Notes under the pieces: model-generated | The model's database searches: none | What the model was told of the DNA's origin: nothing | The model's input: the letters and a program-made list of their open reading frames with translations, nothing else | Origin: a virus | Taxonomy: Duplodnaviria > Caudoviricetes | Direction: 5' to 3' (one strand) | IMG/VR virus record: IMGVR_UViG_3300028188_000026 | Coordinates: 1 to 25,047 of that record | DNA length: 25,047 nucleotides | Made by a program: the position numbers and the translations under genes | Shown: positions 1 through 8,314 of the stretch, in pieces | Position numbering within the stretch: the stretch's first letter is position 1 | Layout of the letters: each line of letters opens with the position of its first letter

Positions 1-1
1 T

Positions 2-136
2 TATTGTTGTCATTCTTGTCATGATATTCTTGATGGGCGTGTACAATCTGATTATTCATCGGAATTTCTACTATTGAGCCACCTAATGGGTATGAAAAGA
101 ACACAACAGATATTAGTTAGTAAGGGGTTAATGTGA
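2..136 (+). CDS. C-terminal fragment of a YbcO/DUF1364-family putative Zn-binding nuclease (5' truncated by window)
   Basis: Frame +2 reads YCCHSCHDILDGRVQ...LMGMKRTQQILVSKGLM* (TGA 134-136). CxxCHDxxD followed by GMxRTQ...L..xGL resembles the C-terminus of lambdoid YbcO/DUF1364 proteins, and the ORF lies near a NinB-like gene. Not in the supplied ORF track. Confidence 0.7.
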   Translation, partial: YCCHSCHDILDGRVQSDYSSEFLLLSHLMGMKRTQQILVSKGLM

Positions 137-303
137 GTAAAGATATGTATTATAAATGTGATGATTGTGGAAAGAAGTTTGAGTTTGATGACACTTGTTT
201 CCTTGGAAATATTGAAAGAATGGAAGACGAAGAGTGTGACCCTATGATGGATTTAGATTGTTATTGTAGTGATTGTGTAGGTAAGCATGAAACGAATCAT
301 TGA
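133..303 (+). CDS. 56-aa CxxC...CxxC zinc-finger-like hypothetical protein
   Basis: GTG start at 133 overlaps the upstream TGA, with an AAGGGG SD-like sequence at 122-127. Translation is MSKDMYYKCDDCGKKFEF...DCYCSDCVGKHETNH* (TGA 301-303). Not in the supplied ORF track. Confidence 0.65.
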   Translation: MSKDMYYKCDDCGKKFEFDDTCFLGNIERMEDEECDPMMDLDCYCSDCVGKHETNH

Positions 304-703
304 ACGTAAAAAAGAGAAACGACATATTATTGAAACAATGATAGTTAGTCACTTCAGTCAGTTCCCTGATTCTGATAAGGCAATCATCGAGATAAAAGAT
401 GATAAAGACTCTCGCTCAGTAAAGCAGAACAGACTGTATTGGGAGTGGATTAACGTCATAGGTAATGAATTGGGCTATACTAAAGCCGAGACACACATAC
501 TGTTCAGAGACAAGTTTCTAGGTTACAATGAACTGACGACAAAGAAAGGTGCAACAATAAAAGAACTAAAAAGCACTACTAAGTTGAAGGTGGGCGAGAT
601 GAAGGACTACTTAGAGCAGATAGATATATTTGTTAGTGAGTATGGCATTATGTTGCCTAGACCTGAAGATTTGTATTTAGAATCAATGGGTTACAAGAAA
701 TGA
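287..703 (+). CDS. ninB: NinB/YbcN-family recombination-associated protein
   Basis: Motifs RSxxQNxxYWxW and STTKLxVxEMxDYLExIxxFxxExGIxLP are typical of the NinB/Orf family; nin-like context upstream of terminase. Confidence 0.75.
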   Translation: MKRIIERKKEKRHIIETMIVSHFSQFPDSDKAIIEIKDDKDSRSVKQNRLYWEWINVIGNELGYTKAETHILFRDKFLGYNELTTKKGATIKELKSTTKLKVGEMKDYLEQIDIFVSEYGIMLPRPEDLYLESMGYKK

Positions 704-888
704 GCGTACATAAACACTCAGATGCAATACACGCTTGGGCTGAAGGATTCCCAATACAGAAGTTCGTACTACCTTGTTGTGTAAACAGAAGAGAAGAAGG
801 TGAGTGGAAAGAATGCAAGTGTCCTATGTGGCTTGATGAAAATGAATACAGAGTAAAACCAAAGGATAAGATTTGGGAAGATGATTAA
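700..888 (+). CDS. Small phage hypothetical protein
   Basis: ATGA overlap with the upstream gene; the HKHxxxIxAWAxG...PxW...EYRVKP pattern is a recurrent small phage ORF type. Confidence 0.7.
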   Translation: MSVHKHSDAIHAWAEGFPIQKFVLPCCVNRREEGEWKECKCPMWLDENEYRVKPKDKIWEDD

Positions 889-1072
889 CAAGTTAAAGAA
901 AATCAATCTAAACGATTATAATCCCGAAGAATTTGTAGAGTTGTATGTCTGTGCTTTAATGCTAATGGCAGAAGACTCTTCAATCAATGACGCACACGAA
1001 GGCGTTGAATTAATGAGAGAGCAGTTAGACTTCGAGTTAATGCCTGTTCCACCTCACAAGGAGTTACACTAA
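881..1072 (+). CDS. Small acidic hypothetical protein
   Basis: 63-aa ORF overlapping its neighbours (TAATG junction with terS); no recognisable motif. Confidence 0.6.
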   Translation: MINKLKKINLNDYNPEEFVELYVCALMLMAEDSSINDAHEGVELMREQLDFELMPVPPHKELH

Positions 1073-1479
1073 TGACAGCTAAGAAAACAGATAACTTCCT
1101 TCCACTAGGGAGACCCACTAAATACAATGAAGAAATGCAGGCTAAAGCAGATGAATATCTTGCAACTTATACCGATGACAGTGTAGTTCCAAGCGTAGCA
1201 GGACTGTCTTTATATATTGATATTCCTGATAGCACTATCTATGATTGGAAGGCTAAACATCCTGAATTTACGGGTACGTTAGGCAGAATCAAGAAGAAAC
1301 AAGAGGCAGAATTGCTTAATAAAGGGCTTACAAGTGAGTTTAATGCAACGATTGTTAAGTTAATGCTACACAACCATGGCTACAGTGATAAGGTCGAACA
1401 AGACTTAAAATCAAGCGATGGCTCAATGAAACCTACAGTGATTGAATTAGTGGCTAAGAGTGAAGAAAGCACAGATTGA
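1072..1479 (+). CDS. terS: Terminase small subunit (HTH DNA-packaging protein)
   Basis: GRPTKY N-terminus, HTH-like PSVAGLSLYIDIPDSTIYDW...HPEF, and position directly upstream of the large terminase. Confidence 0.85.
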   Translation: MTAKKTDNFLPLGRPTKYNEEMQAKADEYLATYTDDSVVPSVAGLSLYIDIPDSTIYDWKAKHPEFTGTLGRIKKKQEAELLNKGLTSEFNATIVKLMLHNHGYSDKVEQDLKSSDGSMKPTVIELVAKSEESTD

Positions 1480-2740
1480 ATTACCACCTAAGTTAGTTCC
1501 TGTCTTTGAGGGTGAAGCAAGATACAGAATAGCATACGGTGGACGTGGTTCAGGCAAGACAAGAACCTTTGCACTAATGACTGCTGTTATGGGTTATCGT
1601 TGGGGAATGGCAGGTAAGAAAGGACAGATACTATGCGCTCGTGAGTTTATGAACTCCCTAGACGATTCATCACTAGAAGAAATCAAGACATCCATAAGGT
1701 CAATAGACTGGCTTAACGATTATTACGATGTGGGCGAGAAGTACATCAGGTCTAAAGACGGCAACATACATTACACCTTTGTAGGACTAAGACGTTCACT
1801 AGATGCTATTAAGTCTAAGGCACGTATCATGTTGGCTTGGGTGGATGAGGCAGAACCAATGAGCGACATGGCATGGCAGAAACTAATACCAACAGTTCGA
1901 GAAGAAGGCTCAGAGATATGGGCAACGTGGAATCCCGAATCAAAGTACAGCGCAACACATGAACGATTTAGAATATCACCACCTAAAAACTCTAAGATAG
2001 TTGAACTCAATTACACTGACAATCCTTGGTTTCCAGATGTACTAGAGGCAGAACGCCTAGAAGACAAAGCCAAACGTATCGATATGTACGAACACATTTG
2101 GGAAGGTGGCTTCTTAGTATTCAGTGAAGGCGCTTACTATTCAACAGAGATGCGCTTGGCTAAGGAAGAAGATAGAGTAGGTGAGGTTAGATACGATAGA
2201 GATAAGGGTGTAGTAACTGCTTGGGATTTAGGAATAGGCGACTCAACATCTATTTGGTTTGCTCAGTACATCGGCACAGAGATACACATCATTGACTATT
2301 ACGAAGCATCAGGTGTTGGATTAGACCACTATGCTATCGTATTACAAGAGAAAGGTTACGTGTATGAACAACACATATTACCGCATGATGTAAGGGTTAG
2401 AGAACTAGGCACAGGCAAGTCAAGACTAGAGACATTAGATGGTTTAGGCATTAGAAATGTAGAGATAGCACCTGACCTAAGAGTAGATGACGGCATTCAA
2501 TCAGCACGTTCAATGATTCATAAATGTTGGTTTGATGCAAATAAATGTGAAAAAGGTATCGATTGTTTGATAAACTACACACGAGATTGGGATGAAAACG
2601 GTAAGACTTGGCGCTCAAGACCTCGACATGATTGGGCATCGCATGGCGCAGATGCTTTTAGATATTTGGCGATAGGTTACAGACCAATGAACGAATCTTG
2701 GGGTAAGCCTATAAAACGTAACATTAAGGGAGTTGTTTAA
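1460..2740 (+). CDS. terL: Terminase large subunit (PBSX/Terminase_3-type ATPase plus RNase H-like nuclease)
   Basis: Walker A GGRGSGKT, Walker B WVDEAE, coupling-motif region TWNP, nuclease motifs AWDLGIGDSTSIW and HGADAFRY; GTG start. Confidence 0.95.
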   Translation: MKKAQIELPPKLVPVFEGEARYRIAYGGRGSGKTRTFALMTAVMGYRWGMAGKKGQILCAREFMNSLDDSSLEEIKTSIRSIDWLNDYYDVGEKYIRSKDGNIHYTFVGLRRSLDAIKSKARIMLAWVDEAEPMSDMAWQKLIPTVREEGSEIWATWNPESKYSATHERFRISPPKNSKIVELNYTDNPWFPDVLEAERLEDKAKRIDMYEHIWEGGFLVFSEGAYYSTEMRLAKEEDRVGEVRYDRDKGVVTAWDLGIGDSTSIWFAQYIGTEIHIIDYYEASGVGLDHYAIVLQEKGYVYEQHILPHDVRVRELGTGKSRLETLDGLGIRNVEIAPDLRVDDGIQSARSMIHKCWFDANKCEKGIDCLINYTRDWDENGKTWRSRPRHDWASHGADAFRYLAIGYRPMNESWGKPIKRNIKGVV

Positions 2741-5700
2741 TGGGTTTATTTGATGAGTTGTTAAGTCAGCCAGGTGTTACAGCAACAGGCGGTGGCACAG
2801 GGTACGACCCAAGAGATGACGAGATGGAAGTGCGCTTCACAGCAGAAGGCACTCCTTACAATGCTAGACCTGGTACTCCGTTACATGAAGGACACACTAG
2901 AGCAAACCAACCTATGTTCGACCTTCCAACGGTCGAAGTACCTACAGAACCATCATTACTGAATTACGGATATGACCAAACTGTACAGCCACCTCAACAA
3001 GTTGACGTAAATCCTACGCAAGAATACATTGACCCTATGTCGTTATACAACAGACAAGGCAGAGCAGATTACATCCCACAGAACATTGTAGATACAAACA
3101 CAGTATTCGGCAGTCCAAGTCTAGGCTCATTACCAAACCCTACTCAAGACGCTAGTGCTATGGAAGCACTTAACAAAGCATCAGCAGAACGTGATAAACA
3201 AGCGCAGATTGAAGCACAACTACAGGTATTACTAAAGGCTCAAGGACTAGATAATCGTGCTGAGTGGGATATGCGTAGAGCAGACGACCAATTTGCTAAC
3301 CTAGACAAGCAGTACGATATTAACAACCAAGTAGCCACAGATGACTTCGGCAACCCACTATTAAACGCTAATGAGCATGGTCAAACAAGTTACGACATAA
3401 ACGCAATCAAACAAGAGTCTCTTGACAATCTAATGATGCAGGATAGAAAGCCTGTAGCCAATGTAGCCACCCCACCTGTAGTAGCACCAACAGACAACAA
3501 ACCTGATTATCCAAGCAACATGACACCTTATGCAATAAACCTACTAGAGGAACAACGCAAAAGAAACGAGATGTTTCAGGGTATAGGTGATACAGCAACA
3601 GGTATTTATGAAGGCGCTAAGACATTAGGCTCAGATATTTATGATGACGTTACAGGTTTTGACTATAAAGGATTAGGTTCAGATATTTATAAGGAAGGTG
3701 CTGACGCTGTACAAGGCGCAAAGGATTTATACACAGACTTTAATAAGCCTGATACTCGTACTCACAGACAAAGGATGATTGATAATCAGACTAATGTTGT
3801 TGAGCCTGTTAAAGAGTTTATAACTGATACTATTCCTGAATTTGCAGGTGATGCTTATGAAGGCATCTTAGGTCCTCTTGTAGGTAATTGGTATGACAAC
3901 CTGTCTAAAGATGCAGAAGGTCCTACACAAGAGTACGATTCAGCAACAGGCGTTCAGAAACCTATGGTGTTTAACTTTAAGAAGTCTCTAGCAACAGAAG
4001 TTAAAGGACTTGTGGATGCTGCAACAAGTCCTGTAGAGACAGCAGATGCTATCGCTAGTGTAATTTCAGGCGCAGTTCAACACACGCTACCTGATGATAT
4101 GGCTTGGAATGAAGACTCTAAGAAGATGGCAGGGGCTATTGGACAAATGTACGCTGAAAGATATGGCTCTATAGATGGGTTTAAGAAAGCATTAGCAGAA
4201 GACCCTGTTCCTGTATTAATTGAATTAACAGGCGCAGGATTAGTTAGTAAGGTGGTTGCAGCGAGAACCCTTGCTTCTATGAAGAAAATTGATATGGGTG
4301 AGGCTTTAGAGAAGTTCACAGACAAGGCTGTAGAGACAGCAACAATGGGAATGGAAAAGAGAGGGTTTCGTAAGGAACTGATGGTTTTTCATGGTTCGCC
4401 TCATAAGTTTGAAAAGTTCGACCACAAGTATATGAGTTCAGGTGAAGGTGGTCAAATGATGGGTTATGGTACTTATCTTGCAGAGCATCCTAGTGTTGCT
4501 AAAACTTATGCGCCTCGCGACATGGTCATGGAAGACAAGTTATTGAAATTGTATGAAGACGCTATGGACTTTAGAAGACCTGGTGGCGAAGACGTTTTTG
4601 CCTATGAGGTTTATGAAAGAGCATTAGACCATTGGACTCCAAAGGAAATATCAGAATACATCAAAGACACATATAAGGGCGATGATTTAGTTAAAGCAGA
4701 AAAAGCACTTGGCAATTTCAAAAAAATGTATGAGGAGTCTGACAGTTATTTATACGATATAGATTTGCCCGATAAAACCATTGCTAAGATGCTAGACTCT
4801 GATAAAACAATTATGGAGCAATCTGATTACGTTATATCTGCGTTAGAAGATATTTACCCTAACCTGTCTAAAGAAATTAACAACGCAAAACGAATTAAGC
4901 AGAAGTTAGACAAGACTACAAACAAGTCGGAAAGAGATGTGTTGTTCCAAGAGTATGCTGATATTAAAAATCGTTTAGGTTTCAACTTGGATGACAATGC
5001 TCATTCTCTCTATAGAGATTTAGAGAATACACTAGGCTCTGACAAGAAGGCTTCAAAACTTCTTGAAGATAAAGGAATACCAGGTGTGAAGTTTTGGGAT
5101 GGAGATTCAAGAGGTTCAGGTGAAGGAACAAGGAACTTTGTCATATTTAACGAGAATAGCGCTAAGGTTCTAAAGCGTAATGAGGTGGATATACCTAATA
5201 TTGACGATGGCGTACTAGGGCAGATAGGTAAAGCGACAGACCCCATGAAGTTTGATAATGCTGATGAATTTATTAAGGCTCAAGGCACTCTTGTTTATCA
5301 TGGCGGAACAAAGATAGATAAAATTAGCAATATAAGCGATGATTGGGGTGCTTTCTATATGTCAGACAACCCAACTTATGCTAAATCATTTGGTGGTAAT
5401 AAATCAGTTGTAAATGAAATGGTGTTAGATAAATCCGCTAACCTTGTTGATATGAGAAAACCGTCTGCTAAATTAGTATCTGAAATAAAAAGTAGATTAA
5501 AAAAAGATAATGCAGTTTTTACTGATAGTCGAATAGTTGAAGGAATAAAGGATGGAAAAGCGCATTTTTCTGAATTGCCCGAAGTTAAGGCTATATTGAA
5601 AGAATTAGGTTATGACGGTCAGATTACATCTGAAGTTCCGTGGGCTAAAAATATTGGGGTGTGGAATAAAAATGTTATCCAAACCAAGCAACAACTAACT

Positions 5701-7314
5701 GATACATGGAACAAAGCCCATAAAGTTGATGATGGTCTATTAGGTCAGGTTGATAAGACGAAAAACCCTACAACCGATTTAAGAAACTCTCTTAGAGAGG
5801 GTGGATATAAAATAGACATGGACGAAGGCATCTCGGGCGAAATTAAGTTAAGTCGTATCGAAGTTCCACCTAATGTTCGGGGCAAAGGACTTGGTACAGA
5901 TGCGATGAATCAGATTGTTAAAATGGCTGATGAAAGTGGCAAGACTATAACTTTAACACCTGATACATCATTTGGCGCAACCTCAGTTTCGAGATTAAAG
6001 AAATTCTATAAGAAGTTTGGATTTGTAGAGAACAAGGGTAAGAACAAAGACTTTTTATACAAAGATTCAATGCTACGACTACCTAACAGTCCAAAAGTGG
6101 GCAAACCTAACAAAGTAACAGATGGTCTATTAGGTCAGACACCTGTCAAGGGTGTACACCTAACCATGGAAGAGTTTGATGACTTCAAGATGGGTGCTAC
6201 AAGAGACTCAGAGCCAGGCATCCACTTTGGTACTAATTCGGCATCAGGCGAGAAACTGATTGAAAACAAGAAGTTTCAGATTGAGAATAATTATATAGGC
6301 AAGCCTAGAAACCCTGTTAATTCTCCACAAGGTATTAAGAAGATACAGGCTGACTTAAACATTAGTAAGCCACTTAGAGTATTTGAAGAACAAAGAATGA
6401 TGGGCGGAAGATGGGATGCTCACCAAATTGGTAGAAGTTTGTTTGAAGTAGATGAGTTGCCAAGAAGGTTTACTGAAGCAGACAGAGAAGCGTGGTACGA
6501 AGGGTATTTATCTTCCAAGGTTACTATTGATGGACGAGAAGTAGATGTACCACTTGAAGTCAACAAAGATGGCTCTACTCCAGATTGGAATTATTCAGAG
6601 TTAGATGCCAAGCAAGAATCAGAGTGGATTAATAATTTTCTTAATGAACGTGGGTACGACCATATTATCTATGACAACGCTTATGAAGGTGGTGGTGATT
6701 CACTTGGTGTATATGATTTATCTAAGATTAAGCAAACAGGCGCAGAGCGCTATGCAACATTAGCAATACCTACAGGCGGTCTATTAGGAACACAAGAAGA
6801 AACACAAGCAGAAGAAACCAAAGGCGGAATCCTAAACAACGTGAAATCTTGGAAGCCTAACAACAACCTAACAACATTCGTTAAGACTATGGAGAACGAC
6901 CCACTAAGAGTAGGCAATGCCAAGGTCAAAGAATATGATGATGTAGGTCATAAGGCTAAAGGTTATGGCACTAAGTCAGGTTTACTTGCACAAGATACAG
7001 AGGCAGAAGCAACCAAAGCGCTTAATAAGAAGTTAGTCGATGCTAATAAGGCAGTTGACAGACTTGTTAAAATAGACTTAAATGAAGACCAAAGGAATGC
7101 GTTAGTATCATTAGTCTATAACGTAGGTGCAACAGGTTTTGGTAAATCTAATGCCCTAAAGGCGTTAAATAATGGTAATATAAAGACATTCTTAAAAGAA
7201 GCGTTCGACCCTAAAGTGGGCTTTGTCAAGACAAAAGGTAAGATTGTTAAAGGCTTAGTCAATAGAAGAGCGAGAGAAAAGCAGATTTTCACTAAGGGTA
7301 ACTATGGCAATTAA
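2740..7314 (+). CDS. Large polyvalent (multi-effector) protein: low-complexity N-terminus, three ADP-ribosyltransferase-like domains, GNAT acetyltransferase and C-terminal GH24-like lysozyme; probably virion-associated
   Basis: ART-like 1 about 4381-5180 (FHGSPHKF...GEG...GYGTYLAE...GIPGVKF...NFVIF). ART-like 2 about 5280-5690 (YHGG...GAFYMSDNPTYAKSF...GYDG). GNAT about 5770-6085 (IEV...RGKGLGT...FYKKFGF). ART-like 3 about 6145-6735 (VH...GIHFGT...GYDHIIYDN..E). Lysozyme about 6850-7311 (GYGT...QRNALVSLVYNVG...GLVNRRAREKQIF). TAATG coupling to terL. Confidence 0.8.
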   Translation: MGLFDELLSQPGVTATGGGTGYDPRDDEMEVRFTAEGTPYNARPGTPLHEGHTRANQPMFDLPTVEVPTEPSLLNYGYDQTVQPPQQVDVNPTQEYIDPMSLYNRQGRADYIPQNIVDTNTVFGSPSLGSLPNPTQDASAMEALNKASAERDKQAQIEAQLQVLLKAQGLDNRAEWDMRRADDQFANLDKQYDINNQVATDDFGNPLLNANEHGQTSYDINAIKQESLDNLMMQDRKPVANVATPPVVAPTDNKPDYPSNMTPYAINLLEEQRKRNEMFQGIGDTATGIYEGAKTLGSDIYDDVTGFDYKGLGSDIYKEGADAVQGAKDLYTDFNKPDTRTHRQRMIDNQTNVVEPVKEFITDTIPEFAGDAYEGILGPLVGNWYDNLSKDAEGPTQEYDSATGVQKPMVFNFKKSLATEVKGLVDAATSPVETADAIASVISGAVQHTLPDDMAWNEDSKKMAGAIGQMYAERYGSIDGFKKALAEDPVPVLIELTGAGLVSKVVAARTLASMKKIDMGEALEKFTDKAVETATMGMEKRGFRKELMVFHGSPHKFEKFDHKYMSSGEGGQMMGYGTYLAEHPSVAKTYAPRDMVMEDKLLKLYEDAMDFRRPGGEDVFAYEVYERALDHWTPKEISEYIKDTYKGDDLVKAEKALGNFKKMYEESDSYLYDIDLPDKTIAKMLDSDKTIMEQSDYVISALEDIYPNLSKEINNAKRIKQKLDKTTNKSERDVLFQEYADIKNRLGFNLDDNAHSLYRDLENTLGSDKKASKLLEDKGIPGVKFWDGDSRGSGEGTRNFVIFNENSAKVLKRNEVDIPNIDDGVLGQIGKATDPMKFDNADEFIKAQGTLVYHGGTKIDKISNISDDWGAFYMSDNPTYAKSFGGNKSVVNEMVLDKSANLVDMRKPSAKLVSEIKSRLKKDNAVFTDSRIVEGIKDGKAHFSELPEVKAILKELGYDGQITSEVPWAKNIGVWNKNVIQTKQQLTDTWNKAHKVDDGLLGQVDKTKNPTTDLRNSLREGGYKIDMDEGISGEIKLSRIEVPPNVRGKGLGTDAMNQIVKMADESGKTITLTPDTSFGATSVSRLKKFYKKFGFVENKGKNKDFLYKDSMLRLPNSPKVGKPNKVTDGLLGQTPVKGVHLTMEEFDDFKMGATRDSEPGIHFGTNSASGEKLIENKKFQIENNYIGKPRNPVNSPQGIKKIQADLNISKPLRVFEEQRMMGGRWDAHQIGRSLFEVDELPRRFTEADREAWYEGYLSSKVTIDGREVDVPLEVNKDGSTPDWNYSELDAKQESEWINNFLNERGYDHIIYDNAYEGGGDSLGVYDLSKIKQTGAERYATLAIPTGGLLGTQEETQAEETKGGILNNVKSWKPNNNLTTFVKTMENDPLRVGNAKVKEYDDVGHKAKGYGTKSGLLAQDTEAEATKALNKKLVDANKAVDRLVKIDLNEDQRNALVSLVYNVGATGFGKSNALKALNNGNIKTFLKEAFDPKVGFVKTKGKIVKGLVNRRAREKQIFTKGNYGN
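5206..6792 (+). repeat. Four dispersed ~18-nt direct repeats encoding the inter-domain linker (D/G)G(L/V)LG(Q/T)
   Basis: gatggtctattaggtcag is exact at 5731-5748 and 6121-6138. gatggcgtactagggcag at 5206-5223 matches 14/18. ggcggtctattaggaaca at 6775-6792 shares the core ggtctattagg. Confidence 0.85.
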
Positions 7315-7933
7315 TACATACGCAACGTTAAAGACAGCAATAGCAGACTTTCTTAACAGAGACGACCTAACATCGGCTATCGAGAACTTCATTGCATTAG
7401 CAGAAGCACAGATTAACAGAGACATTCGTCATTGGAAGATGGAGAAACGCTCTAGTGGTCAACAAAGTGCTAACGATGAATACGCACAGATACCTGCTGA
7501 TTGGATGGAGACTATTAGATTCCACGTCACAGACAACGGAACATCACCTCTTGATTTAATCTCAAGGGCTGCTATGGCAGACAAGAGGGCATCTAATGAA
7601 GATTCTACAGGCACACCAACACATTACACACACGCAGACAGTCAGTTTCAGTTCTACCCAACACCGTCTGCTACAGTGAACACAGAATTGCTTTACTACG
7701 CTAAGACAACGGCTCTTAGTTCAAGTAACGCTGATAATTGGCTTTTACTAGAAGCACCTGATGTGTACCTTTATGGCGCACTGCTACATTCAGCACCGTA
7801 TCTAGGGGAAGATGAGAGAATCGCAGTATGGGCGCAGATGTATTCTGCTTCAGTATCACGATTAAACGAAGTATCTGAGAACGCTAGATTTAGTGGCTCA
7901 GGTTTAAAACTTAAAATAAGAGGATTAGGATAA
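7304..7933 (+). CDS. Head-tail adaptor / tail tubular protein A-like
   Basis: MAINTYATLKTAIADFLNRDDLT...FIALAEA N-terminus and NWLL...PDVYLYGAL motif typical of podophage adaptor proteins; first gene of the tail block. Confidence 0.7.
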   Translation: MAINTYATLKTAIADFLNRDDLTSAIENFIALAEAQINRDIRHWKMEKRSSGQQSANDEYAQIPADWMETIRFHVTDNGTSPLDLISRAAMADKRASNEDSTGTPTHYTHADSQFQFYPTPSATVNTELLYYAKTTALSSSNADNWLLLEAPDVYLYGALLHSAPYLGEDERIAVWAQMYSASVSRLNEVSENARFSGSGLKLKIRGLG

Positions 7934-8313
7934 TGTCATTCACAAACTTTTTAGAAACAGAAATATTAGACCACGTATTTGCAGGTGCGGCTTACACTGC
8001 TCCTACAACAATTTATTTGGCTTTATACACAGCAACTCCAGGTGAGACAGGTGGTGGTACAGAATTATCAGGTAGTGCTTATGCTCGTCAATCAGTAGCA
8101 TTTACTACATCAGGTGATACTACATCTAACTCATCAGCAGTTGAATTTCCTACAGCAACAGGCTCATGGGGTTCAGTAACTCACGTTGGTGTATTTGATG
8201 CTTTAACAACAGGAAACTTAATGGCTTATGCAACACTAACGTCAGCAAAAACTATTGATTCAGGCGATGTGTTCCGTATTCCTACAGGCGACCTAGATAT
8301 AACACTGAACTAA
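7933..8313 (+). CDS. Small beta-rich virion structural protein (fibre/tail-associated)
   Basis: Widespread phage structural pattern YLALYTAxP...E.SG..YARQ...FPTAT..WG..TH.G..DA...GNL; located in the tail block. Confidence 0.6.
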   Translation: MSFTNFLETEILDHVFAGAAYTAPTTIYLALYTATPGETGGGTELSGSAYARQSVAFTTSGDTTSNSSAVEFPTATGSWGSVTHVGVFDALTTGNLMAYATLTSAKTIDSGDVFRIPTGDLDITLN

Positions 8314-8314
8314 A

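Noticed and set aside
6850-7314. Stand-alone endolysin or lysis cassette
   Set aside because: The lysozyme is in frame with the 1524-aa ORF, no clear internal SD/start was seen, and no adjacent holin or spanin is present.
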